A stretch of 64,000 nucleotides of DNA, taken from Vulcanimicrobiota bacterium. GTDB lineage: Bacteria > Vulcanimicrobiota > Vulcanimicrobiia > Vulcanimicrobiales > Vulcanimicrobiaceae. Both the position numbers and the translations under genes were made by a program. The DNA lies in contig CAVTCS010000003.1 in assembly GCA_963733295.1 (NCBI GenBank), positions 672,001 to 736,000 of the forward strand. Reading direction: 5' to 3'. Of the stretch, positions 20,486-29,283 are shown one piece after another. Position 1 is the first letter of the stretch; every line of letters begins with the position of its first letter. The notes beneath the pieces were generated by a model, which saw nothing but the letters and a program-made list of their open reading frames with translations, had not been told where the DNA came from and did not search any database.

Positions 20486-21406
20486 CTAGGGGGCGTGCGC
20501 GACGGCATAGCCGATACCGGTCGCTCCGTATCCGTTTCCGTTATAGAGGAGAAACAAGCGGTTGTCCGAGCGGACCGCCGCGGCGTAAGCGACCATCTCC
20601 GAGTCCCAACCCGCCGGGGAAACGTCGAGGAGCGGAGGCTCCATCCTCGTCCAGGCGAGTCCGTCGTTCGAAACGGCGCGTCCCAGCCGATAAGCGGTCC
20701 CACGGTGCGAGAACCACATCTCGTAGCCGCCCGGCGCTGGAAAGACGAACGGTCGCGCGAGCGCGTATTCCGTTTCGCCCGCGTACTCGATCGCGACGCG
20801 CCCCTCGCGCCGCCAATGTATCCCGTCCGACGACTCGGCGTAGCGTATGTGGTAGAAGTGCCGCGGGCCTTCGGCTCGTTGCTCCCAACGGCTGCAGGAC
20901 ACGTACCACATTCGCCAGCGGCCGTTCTCCACGATCACGTAGGGCGAGGCGGTCAAGTACGGATCGACGGCGTCGCGCTCGAGAATCGGGGCTTGCGAGG
21001 AACGCCGGAAGGTCGCGCCTCCGTCCTCGCTGATCGCGAGGCCTGCGAACATGTAGAACGGTACGCTAACTCCCAGGGACCAGCCGGTATAGTAGAGATA
21101 TTTTCGTCCGCCGTTTTGCACGACGCATGACACGGTGACGCCGCCGTCGTCGAACGCGCCGAGTTCTCCCAACCCGAGGATCGGCGAGCGCTCGACCTCG
21201 ACGACGCGAAGACCGTCGCCCTCGATCGACAGGCGGAATCGTCCGATCGAGGCGCGATTGGCGGCGTCGCGCGCGCTGTAGTAGACGTTATACGTGCCGT
21301 CGTCCAAGCGTTCGGGCGTGGGAATGGCGGCGTGCGAGGCCGCCCATCCTAGATCGCGCGGAAGCTCGAAGAGCAGACCTCGCTTCGCAAACTCGGCATC
21401 AGACAT
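20486..21406 (-). CDS. Five-bladed beta-propeller glycoside-hydrolase-like protein
   Basis: Repeated S.DG..W.R (Asp-box-like) motifs, G.FDDGGV, LYNGNGYG. Confidence 0.7.
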   Translation of the reverse strand: MSDAEFAKRGLLFELPRDLGWAASHAAIPTPERLDDGTYNVYYSARDAANRASIGRFRLSIEGDGLRVVEVERSPILGLGELGAFDDGGVTVSCVVQNGGRKYLYYTGWSLGVSVPFYMFAGLAISEDGGATFRRSSQAPILERDAVDPYLTASPYVIVENGRWRMWYVSCSRWEQRAEGPRHFYHIRYAESSDGIHWRREGRVAIEYAGETEYALARPFVFPAPGGYEMWFSHRGTAYRLGRAVSNDGLAWTRMEPPLLDVSPAGWDSEMVAYAAAVRSDNRLFLLYNGNGYGATGIGYAVAHAP

Positions 21407-21416
21407 GAAGGCTTTG

Positions 21417-22070
21417 TTACGCTAAGCGCACGATCAGGGTGAACTCGTAAAGCGGGTAGTCCGCAAGCAACGCGACGCGTCGCGAAAAACGCTTCCGGCA
21501 GTGCTCGAAGAAAAAGGCCGGGTCGGCGTAGTACAGGTCCGGGCGCATTCGTTCCGCGTCGCTGTGAAGCGTCAGCATGTTGAACGCGAACCCGCGCGCG
21601 CTCAGTTTTGCGATTTCCCCGATGGTCTCGAGCACGTAATCCAACCAAACGGAATCCTCAGTCTCGAGGCGTACGTTAAAAACTCCGCTCGCAACGGTGT
21701 AGTCGGCCTGCGACAGCAGCGACGCGTCGTCGGCGAATGCGGCGGCCTCAACGTTCGGGTGGGTTCTTCGGGCAGCCGCCAGCATCGCTTGCGAAAGGTC
21801 GAAGCCGCGGTAGCGGCAGTCGGGCGCGCGGCTGTCGAGGTAGTCGCGGAGCGCTCCGTACCCGCACCCGTAGTCGTTGATGGAGAAAGGCTCGCCGAGC
21901 GCGTCGACGACTTTGAGGAGCTGCTCGAAACGCAACTCTTGCGACTCTTTGGAGTTCCAGTCAACGCCGCGGTGGTTGGCGCCGTGTTCGGCGACCTTCG
22001 CCGAGTAGTATTTGTCGACGCCGGCGAGCAGCGTGCCGGAGGCCAGCAAGTTTCTAGGCGCGTCGGACAT
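21417..22070 (-). CDS. SAM-dependent methyltransferase
   Basis: GVDWNS, NDYGCGYG, ASGVFN. Confidence 0.85.
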   Translation of the reverse strand: MSDAPRNLLASGTLLAGVDKYYSAKVAEHGANHRGVDWNSKESQELRFEQLLKVVDALGEPFSINDYGCGYGALRDYLDSRAPDCRYRGFDLSQAMLAAARRTHPNVEAAAFADDASLLSQADYTVASGVFNVRLETEDSVWLDYVLETIGEIAKLSARGFAFNMLTLHSDAERMRPDLYYADPAFFFEHCRKRFSRRVALLADYPLYEFTLIVRLA

Positions 22071-22754
22071 AGCGCGCGGCTTGCGATCCCGTATGCAAGA
22101 TGAGATCCAAGATGCTTACCTTGTGCTCGAACGGAGGGTAGAGCTGCGGGTATTCCGGATACCCCTCGTAATCCATCCACTCGACGCGAACGCCGCGTTC
22201 GACGAACGCGCGCTCGTCGAGGTACGACCGCGCCGAAGGCCCCGACAAGTAGTGCGTCGCGCCGGCTTGCAGGCAGAGATCGACCAACCGTTCATTTTTT
22301 CCGGCTACGAGGCGGTACTCGGAAGAGCTGCCGATCTTCGTGCGGATGTCGAGACGCTCGCACACGGCTTCGATGAGCAGCCGGTTCACCTGCGAAAGCT
22401 GCGCGCTCGTGAGTTTTTGGTAGACGCTTTCGATCCAGGGAAAATACTCGCGAAAGTGCGGCGCCTTCGCGTAGGTATGACGCAAGGCTGCCAAGTGCCG
22501 CTCGCGCCACCCGGGATCCGAAATCGCGGTCTCGTTGATCTTTTGAAGATACTTGCCCTTCACCGCGACGGGAATCGTCAGCCAGCGCACGCCGTCCGGA
22601 GACTTGATCGCATTCCGATTGCGCCAATCGCGGCGCGTGAACTGCACGTCGTCGTAGAGCACGAACTCGTCGACCCGGCCGATGAGATCGAAATAGCCCT
22701 TCCAGGGGATGTAGCTCGACTGGACGATCGCTATCCGCTTCAGCGGTGACTCAC
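22054..22754 (-). CDS. WbqC-like family protein
   Basis: Frame extends upstream as KRIAIVQSSYIPWKGYFDLI, then DDVQF..RDWRNRN and YLSGPSA; start ambiguous (CTG 22743, or GTG 22754 with a 1-nt indel). Confidence 0.85.
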
Positions 22755-22756
22755 GT

Positions 22757-23419
22757 TCAGAACCCGCGAAGCTCGTCGCTCTTCACGTTCGACGGATCGG
22801 TATTGACGCTCGGGTACACGCCTTTCTCGATCGTGTTCTTCAAGATCATCGCGCCGGCTCCGATAATGCATTCCGGTGCGACCTTGATCCCGTCGCGAAG
22901 CGTCGCGTTGACCCCGATAAAGCTGTTGTTCCCGATGTCGCAGTGTCCGGAAATGACGACGTGACTCGCGATGAAACAGTTGTCGCCGATGCGCGAATGG
23001 TGACCGATGTGGTTTCCACTCCAAATAATGACGTTGTTTCCGATCGTGACGAACGGCTGAATGACGTTGTTTTCGAAGATGAAGCAGTTGTCGCCGACGG
23101 TCAATTGGCCCCAATGGATCGCTCGCGAGTTGACGTACGTGAGGAGGCGGTAGCCTTTGCTCTTGCACAACGCATAGATCTCGGCTCGGCGCTTGTTCAC
23201 TTTACTGAAACCAAGCGCCACGAACATCTCTACTTCGCCCGGCGGAAAGCGCTGCTCCATTTCTTCGAAGGGCACGATGGGAAGTCCGAGCAGCTCCTCA
23301 GACTTACGGTACTCGCGGTGGACCGTAAAAGCCTCGACCACATAGGGGCTGTCCGCCGTTAAGTACGCGTACGCAACCTCGGCAAAGTCGGTCGTACCGA
23401 AAATGACCGCCCGCTTCAA
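22757..23419 (-). CDS. Sugar acyltransferase, NeuD/PglD-like hexapeptide-repeat family
   Basis: TTG start overlapping rffA stop; IGNN/IGDN hexapeptide repeats, HIGHH. Confidence 0.88.
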   Translation of the reverse strand: MKRAVIFGTTDFAEVAYAYLTADSPYVVEAFTVHREYRKSEELLGLPIVPFEEMEQRFPPGEVEMFVALGFSKVNKRRAEIYALCKSKGYRLLTYVNSRAIHWGQLTVGDNCFIFENNVIQPFVTIGNNVIIWSGNHIGHHSRIGDNCFIASHVVISGHCDIGNNSFIGVNATLRDGIKVAPECIIGAGAMILKNTIEKGVYPSVNTDPSNVKSDELRGF

Positions 23420-24573
23420 GTCGTCGCGAGCGCCGGCAGCGCAGCGGCCTGCACCGCGTCGATCACACGAGTCTGATCGGCTTCGGAAAGGTCGTTGAAG
23501 AAGGGGAGGCGCACGAGCCGCTCGCTGACGTCTTCGGTGACGGGACAGTTGCCCGGCGCTCCGCCGAAGAGCCGCCCCATCCTCGACGTGTGCAGCGGAA
23601 CGTAGTGGAATACGGCGTTGATGTCCTTGACTCTGAGCGATTCGATCAGCTCGCTCCGCGCTTCGGCCGAGGGCATGATCAGGTAGTACATGTGGTACGG
23701 TTGCTCGCAGTGTGCCGGGACGAACGGGAGCCGAACGCCGCGCGTCTCGGCCCAATCCCTGAGTCCCTCGTCGTAGCGCTCCCAGATGCGACGTCGCTGC
23801 CGTTGTATCTGATCGCGGTTCTCGAATTGCGCGAGGAGGAACCCCGCGAGCAGATCGGAGGGTAGGTAACTCGAGCCGACGCCGACCCAACTGTACTTGT
23901 CGACGGCGCCGCGGAAGAACTGTTTGCGGTTCGTCCCTTTCTCCCGGATGATCTCCGCTTCTTCGACGTACCGGATGTCGTTAAGGAGCAGCGCGCCGCC
24001 TTCACCGCACGTAAAGTTCTTCGTTTCGTGAAAACTCTGCGTCGCCATAGCTCCGAGCGTGCCGAGCTGCCGCCCGCGGTACTTTCCGAAAAGGCCGTGA
24101 GCGTTGTCCTCGATGACGCGCAGGTCGTGTCGCTGCGCCAACGCGAGGATCGCGTCCATCTCGCACGCCACGCCGGCGTAGTGCACGACGACGATTGCTT
24201 TGGTGCGCGGCGTGATCAGAGCCTCGAGCGCGCGTTCGTCGAGATTTAGCGTATCGGCCCGGATGTCTGCGAAAACCGGCCGAGCGCCGCGCAAGACGAA
24301 AGCGTTCGCCGACGAGACGAAGGTGAAGGAGGGCAAGACGATTTCGTCGCCGGGCTCGAGATGCAGAAGCAGTGCGGCCATCTCGAGGGCGTGCGTGCAC
24401 GAGGTCGTGAGCAACGCTTTGGGCGCGCCCACCTCTCGCTCCAAGAAGCGGTGGCAGCGCTCGGTAAAATCGCCGTCGCCCGAGATGTGCATCCGCTGTA
24501 GCGACAGGGCCACGTTTTCGAGCTCTTTACCGGTCAGACACGGACGGTTGAACGGAATCCTAGCCGACGTCAA
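23416..24573 (-). CDS. rffA: dTDP-4-amino-4,6-dideoxygalactose transaminase (DegT/DnrJ family)
   Basis: IPFNRP, SCTHALEMAA, SFHETKN..CGEGG, EKGTNR.QFFRG.VDKY.W...GSS. Confidence 0.9.
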   Translation of the reverse strand: MTSARIPFNRPCLTGKELENVALSLQRMHISGDGDFTERCHRFLEREVGAPKALLTTSCTHALEMAALLLHLEPGDEIVLPSFTFVSSANAFVLRGARPVFADIRADTLNLDERALEALITPRTKAIVVVHYAGVACEMDAILALAQRHDLRVIEDNAHGLFGKYRGRQLGTLGAMATQSFHETKNFTCGEGGALLLNDIRYVEEAEIIREKGTNRKQFFRGAVDKYSWVGVGSSYLPSDLLAGFLLAQFENRDQIQRQRRRIWERYDEGLRDWAETRGVRLPFVPAHCEQPYHMYYLIMPSAEARSELIESLRVKDINAVFHYVPLHTSRMGRLFGGAPGNCPVTEDVSERLVRLPFFNDLSEADQTRVIDAVQAAALPALATT

Positions 24574-24681
24574 TAGAACCGACTCCCCACGGGGACGTAG
24601 CGCCGGAAATTGCGTTCCCCGGAGCCGATGCCCATCCTGCGAGCAAGAACGGTCATCGGTCTGAGCTAATACGAACGGCGC

Positions 24682-26592
24682 ATGCTTCGCCGCTTCGCGT
24701 CTCTCTTCGGCAGCGCGCTGCTCGCCGGTACCTACAGCGCTGCCTCGTACGTGCTGCAGCGACGAATCGGGCTGAACCTAGCCGACGAGGGCTATTTGTG
24801 GTGCGGTGCGCGCGACACGGCCGCGGGCGCTCAGCCGATTCGTGATTTCGATTCGTACGACCCGGCGCGCTATTGGTGGACCGCGGCGGTGATGAAGCTG
24901 CGCGGTGACGACGGGATCTTGAGCGTGCGGCTCGCCGCCGCCGTTTGGGAAGCAGCGGCGCTGTTCGCGTTTTTCCGGCTGGACAAACGCAGGGGCCGGG
25001 GCGCCACGCGACTGTTCGAAGCGCTCCTGCTGCAGATCTGGTTGTTTCCGCTTTACCGAAGCTTCGATAACGCGATGCCCGTCTTTACGACGCTCACTTT
25101 AACGCGGCTTATCGAGAACCCGAGCCCGCGGCGGTTTTTTGAAACGGGTGCGTACTCCGCCTTCTCGGCGCTCGTGGGAAGAAACCACGGCGTCTACTCG
25201 ATGGCGTCGCTCGGCGCCGCTGCGTTGCTCGTCCCGTTCGGCGGGCGCCAGCTTCGCGCGGCGGCGGTCGCGTTGCCGCTGGGTCTCGCCTGCGGCTATT
25301 CGCCGATCATCGCATTGTGCGCCGTCGATCGCCGCTTTCGACGCGAGTTTACCGCCAGTATCGTGCGGCAGTTCGGGCGGGGCTCGACTCCGCTGAAGCT
25401 GCCCCTGCCCTGGCCGTGGCGCGTTCTCGGAAAGACGAAAAGCCGGCGCGCGATTGCCTCGAGCCTCATCTTTCTCGCACTGCCGCTAACGTATTCGGCC
25501 GCGCTCATCCGGAGGTTCGTCGCGCCGAAGCGTGAGGCGCCGGAAGCGACCTCGCTTGCGGCCTGTTGCGCCGGCGTCGTTTACCTGCACTGCGTGTATT
25601 CGCGAGCCGGGCTGGCGCATATCGCGTCGGGAATTTTTCCTTGTCTGTGGCTTGCTTGCAGCTTCGGAGCGGTTTCGCGGCTCGCGTTCGCAGCGGCGAC
25701 CGTCGCGATGAGCGAATACCTCATCCCGATCTTGCAGATGGCCTTCTCGGCGGAGCCGTACAAGAGCATCGACGTGCACGGCGACATGCTCGTCGTGCCC
25801 GCCTCCGAGGCGGACTTTCTCACGAATATGGCGGGCGAACTCCGGGCCGCAGGTGCGGATGGGCGTGCAGTCGCCTTCGTGCCGCACTATCCGGCGCTGT
25901 ATCCCGCGTTCTCGAAACCGATCGTCATCTATGAGATCTACATGACGCCGCCGTCACCCGATGAGCAACAGGCCGTTCTGATCGCCCAGTTGCAACGCAA
26001 CGACGTCCGCTTCGTTGTGATGCGCGACATCGCGCTCGATCAAAACGAAGCGTTGCGCATGCAGAATTCGCACTCCCGGTTCTGGCGCTACGTGCTCACG
26101 AGCTTCGAGCGGGTTCCGACCGCGACGCTTCCCGCGGACCTCCTCTTGCTGCGTCGCAGCGAGCCCGGTGAGAGCGGAGAACAGATTCCGTCGGAGGTTC
26201 GCTTCGACGATCGAACGATGCGCTGCGTTGCAGGCAGCGGATTCTTTCGAGTCGAGGAAGACGGGCGGATGTGGGCGGCGCCGACGGTGCTGCTCAAGCT
26301 GCGGATCCCGGATGACGCGCGGACGTTGTTCGTGGAAGGCGTGGCGCCGAACGAACTAGGCGGATCTCCCGGTCAGTGCATAACCTGTTCTCTCGACGGG
26401 GCTCCGCTCGGAGAACGAACGGTCGGCTCCGGACCGTTCGAGGCGTTCTTCGAGCTACCGGACACGCTGCCGCGAAATCGCACGACCGTTCTCGAGATCG
26501 CTTTCGGCGAAAGCTTCGTTCCCAACAAGGCCGGCAACAGCTCCGACGGGCGCACCCTGAGCGCCCTGCTGTCAACCGTGGGCTTTCGTTGA
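24682..26592 (+). CDS. Polytopic membrane protein, putative GT-C-fold glycosyltransferase with C-terminal beta-sandwich
   Basis: NLADEGYLW and PIRDFDSYDP after TM1; TM core; soluble C-terminus ending DGRTLS. Confidence 0.6.
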   Translation: MLRRFASLFGSALLAGTYSAASYVLQRRIGLNLADEGYLWCGARDTAAGAQPIRDFDSYDPARYWWTAAVMKLRGDDGILSVRLAAAVWEAAALFAFFRLDKRRGRGATRLFEALLLQIWLFPLYRSFDNAMPVFTTLTLTRLIENPSPRRFFETGAYSAFSALVGRNHGVYSMASLGAAALLVPFGGRQLRAAAVALPLGLACGYSPIIALCAVDRRFRREFTASIVRQFGRGSTPLKLPLPWPWRVLGKTKSRRAIASSLIFLALPLTYSAALIRRFVAPKREAPEATSLAACCAGVVYLHCVYSRAGLAHIASGIFPCLWLACSFGAVSRLAFAAATVAMSEYLIPILQMAFSAEPYKSIDVHGDMLVVPASEADFLTNMAGELRAAGADGRAVAFVPHYPALYPAFSKPIVIYEIYMTPPSPDEQQAVLIAQLQRNDVRFVVMRDIALDQNEALRMQNSHSRFWRYVLTSFERVPTATLPADLLLLRRSEPGESGEQIPSEVRFDDRTMRCVAGSGFFRVEEDGRMWAAPTVLLKLRIPDDARTLFVEGVAPNELGGSPGQCITCSLDGAPLGERTVGSGPFEAFFELPDTLPRNRTTVLEIAFGESFVPNKAGNSSDGRTLSALLSTVGFR

Positions 26593-26615
26593 ACCTCCCA
26601 GATGCGTGGCCGGGA

Positions 26616-27320
26616 CTATTGCACCGTCGCGTACGTGTAACCGTACTTCTGCTGCATGACCGCCAGCGCTCCGACGCCGCCCGGGACGACGATCGCGCCG
26701 GGGATGAGGTGCGCGAGGATGTCGCCGGCAACCTCAGGCGCCGACATGCCGGCCGGGCCTTTGCCGGCTTTGATCAGAAGACGCGACTGCTCCTCAACCG
26801 CGGTGTGACAGGTCAGAAAGAGCACGCCTCGCTCTTGCAACGCCGTAATACCGGTGTCCTGATAGTAACCGTTTTCGGCATTGAGATCTTTCGACGCGGT
26901 TGCGGGGTACTTTCGCGGAAAGAAGACGTTCGTGGCGATCCGATTTCCGGCGGCATCCTTGAAATCGAAGAAGTCGCCGATCGAATACTTCGTCCAGACG
27001 TAATCCGAGTACGTGTACGTCACCGACGGACCATGATTGACGGCAGCTATGCTGATCCGTTTCGGTTCGTAGCCGAAGCCGAACTGCAGCGTGTTGAGGC
27101 TGTTCTTGATGTTGCCTAAGACCCCGGGTCGCAGGGCGACGTTATCCCAGAGTTGGCGTATGTCCGCCGGCCGGGCGACCGCCGCGACGAAGCCCTTTTC
27201 GTCGAAGCTGCTCTGCGATTCGACGAGATCGGTCCCCCCCGGGACGTCTGCGGAGGCGGCTGTGGCCGCAAGAGCGCTTGCCGCGGCTAGGCCTCCGGCA
27301 ATGAAAATAGAGCGTTGCAT
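26616..27320 (-). CDS. Exported DsrE-like protein
   Basis: Signal peptide; LQERGVLFLTCHTA and VVPGGV..L...Q..GYTY; extended -10 (TGnTAGCAT) 6 nt before ATG suggests a leaderless mRNA. Confidence 0.6.
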   Translation of the reverse strand: MQRSIFIAGGLAAASALAATAASADVPGGTDLVESQSSFDEKGFVAAVARPADIRQLWDNVALRPGVLGNIKNSLNTLQFGFGYEPKRISIAAVNHGPSVTYTYSDYVWTKYSIGDFFDFKDAAGNRIATNVFFPRKYPATASKDLNAENGYYQDTGITALQERGVLFLTCHTAVEEQSRLLIKAGKGPAGMSAPEVAGDILAHLIPGAIVVPGGVGALAVMQQKYGYTYATVQ

Positions 27321-27472
27321 GCGGGCATGCTATCAATCGAAGCACCGCTCCGCAAGGACGATTCGAGGCCCGCTCGGCGGGTGTCCGACCTGCCGCGTCC
27401 GAACCGTGAAGTTTAAGCCTCAGGCCACCCGTCCGCGAGCTCGAGAGGCGCCGCTGTCGACCTTCCGTCTTC

Positions 27473-27594
27473 AATAAAATGGCGGCGCGGTGCCGGCCTG
27501 CCCGGAAGCGGCCCAAGGCCGTTCCTCGCAAAAGGAGACTGCTTGACCCGGCTCGTCCTGCACCACCGAAACGCGCGGAGAGTCTTTCTCCACG
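27473..27594 (-). ncRNA. Candidate structured RNA (unassigned)
   Basis: Minus-strand GGUGGUGC/GCGCCGCC closing stem, nested stems, following U-tract; G-U pairs work only on the minus strand. Confidence 0.4.
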
Positions 27595-27699
27595 GAGACG
27601 ATTGAATCGCGATTACGGGCGGCGCGAATTCGCCACCGGCTCGAGCGGCGATGCATTGCAGGAAACCACCCCGGTGCTCAGGGCGCGGCGGCTACGGCG

Positions 27700-29274
27700 A
27701 TGTCTCAGGTAAGAAACGACACCAACTACTACGAGCTCCTGGGCGTCTCTCCGACCGCTACGACCGCCGAAATCCACGCTGCCTATCGAGCCTTAGCCGT
27801 CCGGTTCCATCCCGACGTAAATACCGTCGAGAACGCCGAGCATCTCACGATGATGCTGAACCAAGCGTGGGAAACGCTGAAAAACGCAGAGCTCCGCAAA
27901 GCGTACGACGCCACGCTGCCGGTTTCGACCGAAGAGCCGGCCGAAAAAGAACCCGGCGACGTGCTCAAGCTACCGCAATGCGTGCGCTGCGGCGTCGAAA
28001 GTCCGTCGCTGTCGATCGTTGCGTTCACGTGGGTCGTCTCGTTTGTGGTTCTTTCGTTCCGGCGGCCGATCGAGGGCATCATGTGCGATCCGTGCCGGAG
28101 CAAGGCCGCCGGACGAAGCGCGCTGTTGACGGTTCTCCTAGGCTGGTGGGGTCTGCCGCTCGGCCCCATCTTTTGTTTCCAATCACTCTACCTGGTTGCA
28201 ATCGGCGGCTGGCGAGATTGGGCCGCGAACTCAGCGTTGAAGAGGCGGATGGCCATTGCCTACCGGCAGCGCGGTGAGTTAAACGAAGCCTTAACCTGCA
28301 TGGAAGGCGCGGCTTACTTTGCTCAAGACATCGATGAGGGGCTAGCTGACGACCTTCGGCAGCTGCACGCGCAAGGCGCAAAGCGGCTTCCAACGCGCCG
28401 GATTCTGCCTGGCCAATTTGCTGCCGGTGTCTACAACGGGATGTTTTTTCTCAGCATGGCGCTCGTCGTCGCAGCCATCTCCCAATATACGACAACTCCC
28501 ACCATCTTGCAGCGCTGTCAACAACTCAACGACGGCTTGCATTTTCGTGAGGCATTGCCTGTCTGCGATCAAGCCGTTCGAGAAGCACCGCTGCCGGCCG
28601 CGTTTTTACAGCGCGGTGTCGCGCGCGTCTTCCTGGGCGACTACGTCGGCGCGACGTCCGATCTCTCGCTTGCAATTCCTTCGGATCCCACCAACGCCTA
28701 CGCGTTGACCTTGCGCTGCCGGGCGTATGACGAGACCGGAAAGCCGACCCTCGCGCTCAATGACTGCGATGCGGCGCTTTTGACCGATGCTTCGAACGTT
28801 CAGGCCCTGGCTTGGCGGTGCCTCGCGCGCGCTCGTCTCAAAGACGTCGACGGCGCGTTACAAGATTGCGATAGAGCGATCGCGCTCGCGCCAAACAATG
28901 CGACGGCTTTCGCAAACCGGTGTGCCGCCTATACCGAAGGGCGCGACTACAAGAAGGCCCTCGATGATTGCAATCAGGCGATAGCGCTAAAGCCGCTCGA
29001 TCCGGCCGCCTTCCAGCATCGTTGTTTCGCGTACTTGGGCCTTCACGATAGCCGAGCCGCCGAGGCCGATTGTGACAGAGCCATCGCGCTTGACGGCAAC
29101 CTCCCGTACGCGTATTGGGGCCGCGGCATCGCACGCACGTCGCGACACGACCCCCGCGGCGCGGCCGACATGAGGCTGGCGCGCGAGCTCTTCCTGAAAC
29201 AAGGCGACACGAAGACCGCGGATAAGCTGAAGGGAACGTCGCCAAAGAAGAAAGCCGTCACGCACCGTCCGTAG
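27700..29274 (+). CDS. J-domain, membrane-spanning, TPR-repeat protein
   Basis: YYELLGV..HPD J domain, CVRC/CDPC, TM segments, about 6 C-terminal TPRs. Confidence 0.85.
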   Translation: MSQVRNDTNYYELLGVSPTATTAEIHAAYRALAVRFHPDVNTVENAEHLTMMLNQAWETLKNAELRKAYDATLPVSTEEPAEKEPGDVLKLPQCVRCGVESPSLSIVAFTWVVSFVVLSFRRPIEGIMCDPCRSKAAGRSALLTVLLGWWGLPLGPIFCFQSLYLVAIGGWRDWAANSALKRRMAIAYRQRGELNEALTCMEGAAYFAQDIDEGLADDLRQLHAQGAKRLPTRRILPGQFAAGVYNGMFFLSMALVVAAISQYTTTPTILQRCQQLNDGLHFREALPVCDQAVREAPLPAAFLQRGVARVFLGDYVGATSDLSLAIPSDPTNAYALTLRCRAYDETGKPTLALNDCDAALLTDASNVQALAWRCLARARLKDVDGALQDCDRAIALAPNNATAFANRCAAYTEGRDYKKALDDCNQAIALKPLDPAAFQHRCFAYLGLHDSRAAEADCDRAIALDGNLPYAYWGRGIARTSRHDPRGAADMRLARELFLKQGDTKTADKLKGTSPKKKAVTHRP

Positions 29275-29283
29275 ATAAAACCG

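Noticed and set aside
27476..27567. tRNA, SRP RNA or att-site copy of tRNA-fMet
   Set aside because: No TTCGA T-loop, no SRP CAGG/GGAA/AGCAG core and no match to the tRNA-fMet 3' end; kept only as an unassigned RNA candidate
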